Part shown: piece after piece, positions 1 to 8,763 of the stretch
How positions within the stretch are numbered: position 1 is the first letter of the stretch
Layout of the letters: each line of letters opens with the position of its first letter
Assembly (NCBI RefSeq): GCF_025526975.1
Contig: NW_026515697.1
Coordinates: 372,001 to 399,099 of the forward strand
Source: Fimicolochytrium jonesii
Lineage: Eukaryota
Reading direction: 5' to 3'
Length of the DNA: 27,099 bases
Made by a program: the position numbers and the translations under genes
The notes under the pieces: generated by a model
Seen by the model: the letters and a program-made list of their open reading frames with translations, nothing else
Database searches by the model: none
What the model was told of the DNA's origin: nothing

Positions 1-1272
1 ACCTGCATTGAATGCCACGAACCGGCCGAGAAAGGAAGAATCTATGAAATTTTTGATGCTGACTGGTGTCGCTGCAAGAAGCAACAATGCCTGCCGAGAG
101 AGCCCTGCACGATATGCGGTCTCGAATGTGTTATAAAGCTACGAAGCCCTAGAATATGTGTCCTATGTTACGACAAATCGGACCTGCAACCTAAACGCGA
201 GTGCATCGAATGCGGCGAAAACAAGAAAATCATAGCGAAAGATCTTTGCATGGGTTGCAATCGTATCATCCGCGATTCCGGTCGAAAACGAGCCGTTTGT
301 GGCGGCAGGTGCGGTGTAGAAGAAGAGCAGATCATTGTCGCCGCCGGAATGTGCGCCCTCTGCTACAAACATCGCGAAGTCACCCCGCCAGCATTCAAGT
401 CGGATCTATCAAGTTTGCGTGATCGGCTGAAGAACCGCGATGATATGATCTTACTGGATTGTGAGACTTTGCATCACCCTGGACCGCTAACAGACAAATC
501 GCCGCAAACATTGATTCAGTTCGCACTGCTATACAAAGCAGAAAGGTTAGAAGTCATCATCGACCACGGGAACGGGTTGGGGCAGGTCGAGCGATTGAAC
601 CTACTGCGCGCCATGGTCCGGCCTCCACGCCAAGAAATGGGCTGGAATCACGTCGAGATGAACCTAAAGACGCTTTGCAATGTTCTCGATGTCAAACTTC
701 GGGAGTTCCCGAGCAAGTCGGACGTTGAAGCATTTGAAGCGGCTTTGAAGGAGCTGGATAGTCGTTTGGCAGAAAAAGGCAGGTCTCCTACGGACGCGAT
801 CGATGAGTTGGAACTGTGGATGAACATCCCTATTGAAAACGGTACGTGGCGGCGGAAAATGGGTCCACGCACCAATCGGCTAACAGCGTATCTCAATTCA
901 CAAGGTCACAATACGATATGTTATTGGGCCGCCACACACTTTGATCAAATCAGCCTAGACAATTGGTATCAGAGCGTCACGGACGAACCCGTCTCGAGAT
1001 GGCATTACGATAAAAGTATACTTCCAAATGTGCAGCGAAGTATAGAGAAGAAAGGAGAGAACAGAGGCTCTGCAGCGCTTCATTCGCTTTACATTTCTTT
1101 GGTGGATCCTACGCGCAAAATACCTGTTTCAATGCGATGGCATACGGCGTTGGCGGATTGCTTGATCATGAAGGCAGTGCTGAACGAGCTTTGGAAGATC
1201 TGTGGGGATACACAACCGGGGCAAAGGAACATGTCGCAGACGAAGTTAAAACAGTGGTGGAAGTTGACATAA
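1..1272 (+). CDS. 5'-partial ORF: tandem CxxC..CxxC zinc-finger-like modules followed by a DEDDh (DnaQ-like) 3'-5' exonuclease domain
   Basis: Frame 1 is open from base 1 to TAA at 1270-1272, so the ORF extends beyond the track's 250 start. The N-terminus has repeated Cys pairs (CIEC, CTIC..CVLC, CIEC..CMGC, CGGRC..CALC). The C-terminal part has Exo I LLDCET, Exo II HFDQISL and Exo III HTALADC. Confidence 0.7.
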   Translation, partial: TCIECHEPAEKGRIYEIFDADWCRCKKQQCLPREPCTICGLECVIKLRSPRICVLCYDKSDLQPKRECIECGENKKIIAKDLCMGCNRIIRDSGRKRAVCGGRCGVEEEQIIVAAGMCALCYKHREVTPPAFKSDLSSLRDRLKNRDDMILLDCETLHHPGPLTDKSPQTLIQFALLYKAERLEVIIDHGNGLGQVERLNLLRAMVRPPRQEMGWNHVEMNLKTLCNVLDVKLREFPSKSDVEAFEAALKELDSRLAEKGRSPTDAIDELELWMNIPIENGTWRRKMGPRTNRLTAYLNSQGHNTICYWAATHFDQISLDNWYQSVTDEPVSRWHYDKSILPNVQRSIEKKGENRGSAALHSLYISLVDPTRKIPVSMRWHTALADCLIMKAVLNELWKICGDTQPGQRNMSQTKLKQWWKLT

Positions 1273-1855
1273 AGTTAGGGACAAGGGACGTTTTTTTCTA
1301 TCTGGACAGTGTTATTTAATCAATAGACCTATTAGGCTGTGTGTAGCTTTGGATAGGTGACGTGAAAGAAGGCCGCTGTCGTAAGTGGGTCGTCACATTC
1401 TGCTTTTATGGAGACCGCTTCGCTCAGAAGGATAGCTCTGCCAGACGCCCTCGGCATCTTCAAGACGTGCCGACGAGTGGACGGCCTCCGCACACACCTC
1501 AAATGAGCTCGAACCTGAGCACGTCCAGCGCTTCGAGCAGGCAAAAACCCAAATTCTAAGCTGGCCACTGTCGGCTTCGGTAAATCAGCTTGGGGTGTTG
1601 CTTTTGGCTGAAAAGCGAAACCTTCCCCCGCCTGTAAGTTTTTCCTTCCTCTTTGTGGTCAGCCAGCAAAGCAATGTCAGCTATCTGCCGTTGTCCATCA
1701 GTCCCAACATGAACAGTCCTGATCCGTCAATAAGTGCGATTTTGTGTAGCATACGATAACGAGCGGCGGTCCCGACCAATACAGGTTTGCAAAGGGCATA
1801 AACAGTGTTCAAAGAAATTGTTTCGTACGGCCACATGCTATATACATGAACTAAA

Positions 1856-1923
1856 ACATACGTTGACAATGTCTTCCTGAATACTGGAAACGGTGGGGTT
1901 CAGATAGTGAACGTCGCGGGCAA
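1856..1923 (-). pseudogene. Isolated exon-end fragment paralogous to exon 3 of the coiled-coil gene at 4890-6223
   Basis: Aligns without gaps to 5689-5756. VARDVHYLNPTVSSIQEDIVN|gtatgt matches LARNVRYLSPTVSTIQDDIVN|gtatgt at 15/21 aa, with the donor site in the same position. Confidence 0.6.
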
Positions 1924-2923
1924 CCCGAGCCGCTCCCCACGAAAGCAACAACACGCCCACAGCCTGCGACTTCCACCTCCCTGTCCACAGTGCCTTGGCC
2001 AGACCAGTCAACTGCGCATCGACCTTGTCTGCCGCCTCTAAAGAAGCCTAGAGTAGCCGGACCATGGTAAGGAACCCGACGGCACCCACAGACTCTCCGA
2101 AGGGGGTTAGGCCTCAATGAGGGCTCCAGTAGGGGCGGGTCCTAGCCTTCTTGAAAGCCCTTCCTCCTCCGCTTCATCGGCACATCGGCATCGCTTTCTA
2201 GTTCAACGACTGATTCCAGGGATGGAAAAGGGGTAAGCTTCACCGAATTCCTTCCTCTTTTGTGCGTGGCACAGCACGGGAGCTTACCACCGGCTCTCCA
2301 TCCTTCAGGTTTTGCCCTTTCTCCTGCTTTAAGCCGGTGCTCGTAGAGGGTCTTTGATGACTTGGGAGTTTTGCATTCCGTGCGCCACAGCCGTGCCGAC
2401 CACGACGCTCGTCGCGGCCCACCATGACGTGAATCGGGTCAGAGATAGCCCACATGAATCCACGTCCTGGACGACTTCGCGTTGACCGCTGACTACTCAC
2501 CTCCCGCTTTACTGGTGTCACAGCCAGATCCTCCACAATCTTCTTCCCCATAGGGTCGACGAGGCAGGGCCCCACGGTGAGTTGCACTTGCACGTTGTAG
2601 CCCTCAGCGCGCATGAATGGTACTTGCGTTGTAGCCCCTCAACGTCTCACCGACTCGATCATCAAGCGAACATCACAAAACATATGTACTGTACCTGAGT
2701 CACCTCCATTGAGTATGCCGCTTTGACGTGATATCGCGTTCCCGTTGATCGTGTCGAAATCGTGACGCTGCTTCTCTATCCCTTAGGCGTCCCTCGGCGT
2801 CCACGCACTCTGACAAGATTGGGAGCCGCCGTAGGCGGGATGCCGCTATGGCTGCAAAGCCCCTGCAATGCCAGTTATCCTTACTAGCCAGTGGGCAGTC
2901 TCTGCCTTAGAGGAATGTCAGGA

Positions 2924-2963
2924 GGGGGTTAGGGTTAACCCGAATGGGTTAACCCTAACCCCC
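2924..2963. repeat. Perfect 18-bp inverted repeat (4-nt loop) built from telomere-like sequence
   Basis: GGGGGTTAGGGTTAACCC-gaat-GGGTTAACCCTAACCCCC read directly from the sequence. Confidence 0.9.
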
Positions 2964-3168
2964 ACGTGGAGCTAGATTCACGTCACGCCGCAGGGCGCAG
3001 GGGCTGATGGGGGAGATAAGAACCTTTTCTTCCCCCGTACGGGACGCCAAACATTTCACCGTAGGGCTCTGTCTGCTTTGCAGCCATAGAACATTTAGCT
3101 AATACTGTCAGTCTAACTCCTTGCCCTCTTTGAGCATCGCCTGCACGATGTCCAACGTATCCAGATAA

Positions 3169-4492
3169 ATCTCCATTCCTGTCTGCGGGCATCCCTGTAG
3201 AGGGTCTATTCTAGATCTTCTAGACGATGCCCCCACCTCGCCAGAGGAGTTCCCTATCGAACACATCCTTTCTGAACGTCAATGCCGCGGCAAGAACGTC
3301 CAAAAGGAATACCTGGTCAAGTGGGTTGGTTTTACTACCCCTACCTGGCAACCACGCTCTGATCTCCTTCAGACTGAAGCGTTGGACATCTGGGAAACAC
3401 GTCCAGCCGCTTTCCACGCCCGAACCTTTGAGGCCTACTCGACCGCCTTCAACACGCGTACCGCAGACACTCCTCAATCCGTCACTATGACCTGGCGCCA
3501 AGCGATGGCATCCCCTCAGGCAGCCGAATTCAAACTCGCTGCCGATAAAGAGTTCCAAGCTCTAGTCGATAACGGCACCTGGGAACTCGTACCTCGTCCG
3601 CGCGACCAGCGCGTACTTGGCAGTACTTGGGTACTACATCAAATTTTCAATCCAGACGGTACTTTCAAGAAATTCAAGGGCCGCGGTGTTGTTCAAGGCT
3701 TTCGTCAATCCAAGGGCATTGATTATAACGAAACCTACGCTCCAACCCTACCTATGTCAGTTCTTCGCCTCTTCCTATCCATAGGCGTCTCCCTTGGTAT
3801 GGAAATCCATCAACTGGACGTTCCCAACGCCTTCCTACAAAGTGACATCGACGGTCCCGTCTACGTTGAACAATTTCAAGGCTACGAAGATCCGCGCAAA
3901 CCGCGCGGTGACTGGGTATACCTTCTCCGGAAGGCTCTTTACGGTCTTAAGCAGTCTCCGCTGCTCTGGTACCGCACTCTTCGCGAAACCCTCGCTTCTT
4001 TCGGCTTTAAACCGCCAAAAAACTGCCCCTGCGTCTTCTTCCGCTACGCGACCAAGACGCGCACTCTGGACACTCTTCAGATGCTCCTTATATACGTTGA
4101 CGACTTCGTCGCCTGTTGTATGCCCTTATACGTCAAGCAAGTGAAATATGAACTCTGTTCTCATTTCAACTGTACGGATCTTGGACCCATCAAGAACTGT
4201 TTGGGTCTGGTCTTCGACTACACGCTCTTGCCTTCCGGCAACCAGCTCCGGATCAGCAATGTTACCTACATCGACGGTTTACTCGAAAGATTCGGTCAAC
4301 ACAACGCTACCCCGGTGTCCACACCCTGCGCCGTCTCCGCGCGCAACCGACCCGCCTCTGCCAGTCCCCCATTCCAATCGGCTTGGGTAGGAGCTGAGAC
4401 TTGACGTGCGACGAAGCCGACGGCAGTTGAAATATCCCAGCGCCAGGTAATGGATGCCCATGTGAGGGCCCCCACTGCTTCCTGGTAGAAAA
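3169..4492 (+). mobile_element. Ty1/copia LTR-retrotransposon pol fragment: chromodomain + RVT_2 reverse transcriptase, with the last ~120 bp inverted; no LTRs seen
   Basis: The frame is open from 3169 to 4404. Copia RT motifs: NGTWELVPRP, KFKGRGVVQGFRQSKGIDYNETYAP, IHQLDVPNAFL, LRKALYGLKQSP, YVDD, DLGPIKNCLG. The upstream in-frame segment EEFPIEHILSER..EYLVKWVGFTTPTWQP is chromodomain-like. The continuation YQEAVGALTW..RWDISTAVGFVARQ..PTQADW lies on the minus strand at 4371-4492. Confidence 0.9.
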
Positions 4493-4496
4493 GCTT

Positions 4497-4615
4497 GCGA
4501 CAAATCCCCTGTGACCTCGCTGTTGTCTGTTTCATGTTCCACCCCCCTGCCAAATACGCCAGCAGGGGGGTGGAACATGAAACAGACAAAAGCGAGGTCA
4601 CAGGGGAATTGTCGC
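4497..4615. repeat. 54-bp inverted repeat (52/54 matches, 11-nt loop); foldback/MITE-like hairpin
   Basis: Arms 4497-4550 and 4562-4615 are reverse complements with 2 mismatches. TT flanks both sides. Confidence 0.9.
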
Positions 4616-4889
4616 TTGAAAGTGTGCTGCGAAAAGATGCTCAGAAAATATGATTGAAGGCTAAGTAAAACAATTTTGAAAGTTTACCTTCTGTGCCAGC
4701 ACGGATAACCTGACGGTGCCCCGGTATGTCCCTGTCCAGCTTTCCTTGCAATTCAGCCGCCACAGCGTTGACGTTCGCTTGGTCGCCATGGAGAGCCAGA
4801 ACACGGAACAACAATCCATCGACCTGTACTGTTTTTTCCCGGTGGAGAACGAATGTCAGGTTGCGGTTCTTGACACACTCTATCAAAAA

Positions 4890-6223
4890 CTACAAAATGT
4901 TCAAGAGCAAGTAAGCGCCGATGAGCTTCGAAGCAACGAAGCGCAGGGTTTAGAGAATTGTCAATCAAGAACATACGTTTTTATGCATCAACACCCCCGC
5001 CGCCTGTGCAGGTATCAAAAGGTAATAATGGCGGCTGTCCATTTCTTGCATAAACAACCGAGCTTCCGCAATCTGAGAATTGTATGGCACAATAAGTAGA
5101 GAAAAGAAATGTTTGTAAGCTGTTTGATGAAGACTTTTTAGTAAAGGACTTGATATTCTTTGCCTACCTGGCCAGCGATTTGCTCCACGGTGGCTCGGTT
5201 CTCGTAGAGGGCTATTGAATGGCTTTGGAGTTCTTGCATCCCTTGAGCTACCGCGGTGCCGACCATATTTTCGAGGTGTGATATTCGCTTGCGTTTCTGG
5301 CCGTTTATCACAACATCGCCGCGAGAGTTATCACGTTCCAATGTAAGTAGGCGATCGTCGTAAGTAGTGATTTCTGCATGCATGCGCTTCAGGCTTGCTG
5401 TATGGTCGCCGGAGTCCTTTTCTAACGTTGCCAAGCGATCGTCGTGGGCAGTGATCTTGAGTCTTTCTAGACCAATTTCGTCCTTGACTGACTGAAGCTC
5501 GGACGTGATCTTGAGCTTTTCTAGACCACTCTCGTACTTGACTGACTGAAGCTCGGACGTGATTTTGAGTTTTTCTTGCTCATGGTCGTCCTTGACTAGC
5601 TTGAGCTCGGACTTGATCTAAAAAGTGAAAACCATTAGAAGACAGAAGAGTATGCATGCTACCCAAGTCGGGGGACCACCGCTGGGTTACATACATTGAC
5701 AATGTCGTCCTGGATAGTTGAAACGGTTGGGCTCAGGTAGCGGACATTGCGGGCAAGCTCCGCGAACGCATGCTGATCCGAGCGCATCTGGTGCTGTAGA
5801 CGGAGGGTCTAGATGTAAGCAGGTTGAGAGTAAGGCAGCCATTAGGCGACGAAGGGTGTACGAACCAAGGTAGCCTTTAAAAGATCCAGAGTCGCCGCAT
5901 GTCCGGATTGCATGGCCTCCTGTCCGGATTTCATGACGGCTAGCATGGCCTTCATGTCCGCACTGATTGTCTCCTTCTGCTTCTGGGGACTCGTTGATGG
6001 AACGTCGCCCTCGATGGGAAGCTCGGATAGTTTTTCAGCCAGCAAAGACTCTAGCTCAGGAACCTTGAGACTCTGCATGACGAAATCCAAACCAAAGGTC
6101 AGCGCGAGATTAGGGGGGAAGACCCGGAAGAAAGGGTCATACTTAGTTCATTACCTCAAGGTAAGCCTGATTCCCTCCCAGCTTGGTGAGGTGGGAAACC
6201 AATGTTTTCTTTGGAAAACCCAT
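4890..6223 (-). CDS. Predicted 6-exon gene encoding a ~323-aa coiled-coil-rich protein of unknown function
   Basis: Manually spliced exons are 6223-6155, 6072-5866, 5808-5695, 5617-5168, 5072-4977 and 4925-4890. The five GT..AG introns are 82, 57, 77, 95 and 51 nt, all phase 0, and give one uninterrupted frame (MGFPKKTLVSHLTKLGGNQAYLESLKVPELESLL...). A TATA-like TATATATA lies near 6390. The last two exons are less certain; unspliced exon 4 would stop at 5138. Confidence 0.65.
5451..5612 (-). repeat. 3 x 54-bp coding tandem repeat (18-aa unit, approximately SELQSVKxExGLEKLKIT)
   Basis: Units at 5451-5504, 5505-5558 and 5559-5612, in frame within exon 4. Confidence 0.85.
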
Positions 6224-6619
6224 GGTAGAAGAATCCGCCGCGTGCAAACCGAAAGAAGAATCCAAGAGGGGTGGTAGCCAGAAACTGCTTAGTACGCAGC
6301 CGGAGGTGGGGGAGGGAAGTTCAATAACAACGGTGGGAAAAACAACGGTGGAATGCTTGAGAAAGGGGGTGGGCTTCGGCCACGTTCTATATATAGGGGG
6401 TGGTGGGAAAAGAAGGGACCGAAACCACTGTAGTCCGCTTTCGACGCCGTATCCTACATATCATATGATAGGGGGGTGGGTTGGGTTGGGATGAGCAGCG
6501 AAGGCGGCGATGAAAAAAGGGGACTGCAGCAGAATGGCGGGGTACCACTGCAGACACCGAGGCAGACACCGCGTATATTACATAATACAGTGCTGTTCAT
6601 AAACCAAGGCAGGCCCCCT

Positions 6620-6652
6620 GTCCGGCCTCCCGGACGCGTTGCCCCGCCTAGT
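6620..6652 (+). other. Possible Helitron-type 3' terminus (GC-rich hairpin, spacer, CTAG|T)
   Basis: GTCCGG-cctc-CCGGAC at 6620-6635, a 12-nt spacer, CTAG at 6648-6651, then T. No Rep/helicase or 5' end was identified. Confidence 0.3.
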
Positions 6653-6666
6653 ATTTGGTTCTAGAG

Positions 6667-6887
6667 TAGGGGGTCGTCCCGCAGCGGGATATCCCGTCCC
6701 GTCCTGCATGGGACGGGACGCGGGACCGCCGCAGAAGTCTTATCCCACACCGGTGCTATTGGAGACCAGTGCTATTCGAAAATCAAATAGCACCAACTTC
6801 GCGTCGCACCTATGCGCTGGAATAGCACACCTGTGCTATTCCAGGACCAGCATTGCGAGATCTTGAGATCAGCATTCCAATTAGCAC
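6667..6887. repeat. Cluster of short motifs in both orientations (CGGGAC/GTCCCG; GTGCTATT/AATAGCAC) resembling DNA-transposon subterminal repeats
   Basis: 10-bp stem at 6695-6704/6711-6720. GTGCTATT at 6753, 6769 and 6833; AATAGCAC at 6786 and 6821. 12-bp stem at 6817-6828/6833-6844. Confidence 0.55.
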
Positions 6888-7616
6888 CCCAACCGCTGAC
6901 ATGCTGTCTGACATAGGTGATGATCACTACCCTATCCTCACTCTAATGGAGGCAGAGGACAAAAATCTTGTCCCGCACTCCGGCCATGCCACTGCAATTA
7001 TGGCACTCCTTGAAGCTGGGGTCCACCAGGATTACACCCAGAAAACTTCAGGACACCGCGGCGCCGCAGGCCTTGCATTGTTCGCACGCAACCCATCAAT
7101 TCCTGGACGGCTACGGAGACAAAAGTCAGCACCATGGCGCATCCCCCCAAGTCTCCTATCAAGCGATTGGCGATTGAGGGTCAGGATTCCTGCGAGACCC
7201 AAATCAGCCATTGCGGATGATAATGATGAAGCATCTAAGCTTCCTGACAGTAGTGCCGGAGCGGAATCAGATGCAGCCCATGCAGCCCGTAACTTTGGTA
7301 GTTTCCTGGCCAACCAATGCAAAGGTTGGCCACATGACCCGTTATCAACTGTGTCAACTATAAATCTTAGGCAGAATATTTGTTGTATGGTGTGTGTGAT
7401 AAATATGTTATAACCTTTGTCCTCTCGGGAAATTGCTCAAATCGCTCCTCAGGCCCTTGTCTTGGCCTTGCAAAGAGTCCCTCGGCAAGCCTTGGGCCAA
7501 CTTCTAAAGGCCTCGACGCGTCCCTCGGAGCGATTTCTCGCAAAATTCCCTTAGACGTGGGCTATATCTGCTACGAATCCCGCAGCACTCTCTTGACAGC
7601 ATTTCAACAGCATCTC

Positions 7617-7640
7617 AACCTAAGCCTAACCCTGACCCTA
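7617..7640 (-). repeat. Degenerate interstitial telomere-like tract (~4 units), opposite in orientation to the terminal telomere
   Basis: AACC TAAGCC TAACCC TGACCC TA on the + strand. Confidence 0.45.
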
Positions 7641-8153
7641 TGGCAGTTCCCCAGATGAGGTTGGCACTGCACAGGCATCTAGAAAAGTACCTACCTGGAG
7701 TGTGTAGACGGTCTTAGAGTGTAATTCCTGCTGAATAGTCTCGTTTTCATGTTACCAGTTACTAAAGACCCCGTGTTTGGGTGTGCTGTGAGTGGGATTG
7801 CGTTCAAGGTTGTGCTTACTAAGCTTCTTTTCTTTCGCTCGAGCGAAGATATAAATACATACAGCTCCCCAAACCCCCTCCTTCACGTCTATCTCTATCT
7901 CCCGTCCTACACTCTCCAGACTAAGCATTTGCTCTTGACCCCTTTGACAATTAGCCTGTACTCACGGACAACTCTGCCTTCATGCACAGAATCCCTTACA
8001 CATAGATACGGTACGGGCAGCGCCGCAAACGGCGTTTGAAAGGGTTTTCACCCAGAGTGCATTAGTCACTTTGTGAGAAATGACATTGAGCCTAACAACC
8101 TCATTGTCCTTCTCAGCCCAAAACTCAACACAATGTTGGAAGCTGAAGCTTGA

Positions 8154-8694
8154 TGTTATGGACGAGGCGCCCATACCATAAGCTTACCTACTGACAGCCG
8201 CCAAATGTCAACCGCCAAATGTCAAACGCCAATGTCAATGTCAATGTCAGTGTCAATGTCAGTGTCAATGTCAATGTCAATGCCACTCCCCCTCTCTCCT
8301 CCCATTTTGCCAATCCTCTTGCAATATCGCCACTCCTCCTCTCTCCTCTCATTTCGCCAATCCCCCCTCAACTTCTCCACACCCCCCACTACTTCCCCAT
8401 AGCCAGCAGCTGTAGCAATGCTCTCTACGCTCGCCACGCACGCTCTAGGAGCATAGCTGGCGCCCCCCCAGTCTCCTCTTGTTGTTGTTGTACCCTCATC
8501 TGCTGGGTTGCCTATCTATAAATAGCCGGCCTCTCTTCGTCCATTCCCTTCCTCCCCAGCAGATCAACACCAGTTCTTCTCATCTCCTGTCCTAGTCCTT
8601 GTTTCTCGTTTCGCCAATACAATGTTCTTGTCGCCTTTCACACTTGCCCTGTCTTCTCTACTTCGCTTCCGCCCCCGTCGTCGAGATCATAACA
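8154..8694 (+). repeat. 5' LTR (541 bp)
   Basis: Bounded by the 7-bp inverted termini TGTTATG...CATAACA. Contains an (A[A/G]TGTC)n hexamer minisatellite at ~8204-8284. The first 256 bp match 13656-13911 with 7 substitutions by manual count. Confidence 0.92.
8517..8525 (+). promoter_or_regulatory. LTR TATA box
   Basis: TATAAATAG lies ~40 nt upstream of the inferred transcript start at ~8558. Confidence 0.6.
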
Positions 8695-8696
8695 GT

Positions 8697-8706
8697 TTGA
8701 TCTGCT
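8697..8706 (+). promoter_or_regulatory. Self-priming primer-binding site (Tf1/sushi type)
   Basis: TTGATCTGCT, just after the LTR end, is the exact reverse complement of AGCAGATCAA at 8558-8567 within the LTR. There is no TGG-type tRNA PBS. Confidence 0.8.
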
Positions 8707-8763
8707 CCAATACTGCGAAGTTCAGAACCTGTCCAGCCCTGCATCCGACAAACCTTTTTCGCC

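Noticed and set aside
1711..1721. 11-nt reverse-complement match to the A/B start (CAGGACTGTTC)
   Set aside because: Too short, with no flanking similarity and no adjacent telomere repeat; compatible with chance.
4716..5099. 127-aa plus-strand ORF
   Set aside because: It has a GTG start, no recognisable motif, and is antisense to the predicted last exons of the coiled-coil gene.
1..6651. Idea that the DEDD nuclease plus coiled-coil gene form a Terminon-like giant retroelement
   Set aside because: The genes are on opposite strands, one has five introns, the nuclease is DEDDh, and no PLE RT or hammerhead repeats are visible.
6853..8150. 186-aa ORF and downstream short ORFs as a possible transposase remnant
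   Set aside because: No DDE, BED or other motif was recognisable; it cannot be supported without a homology search.
8205..8521. Low-complexity ORFs (MSMSMS.., NVNVSV.., IDIDTD..), also at 13690-13904
   Set aside because: They arise from the hexamer minisatellite inside the LTRs.
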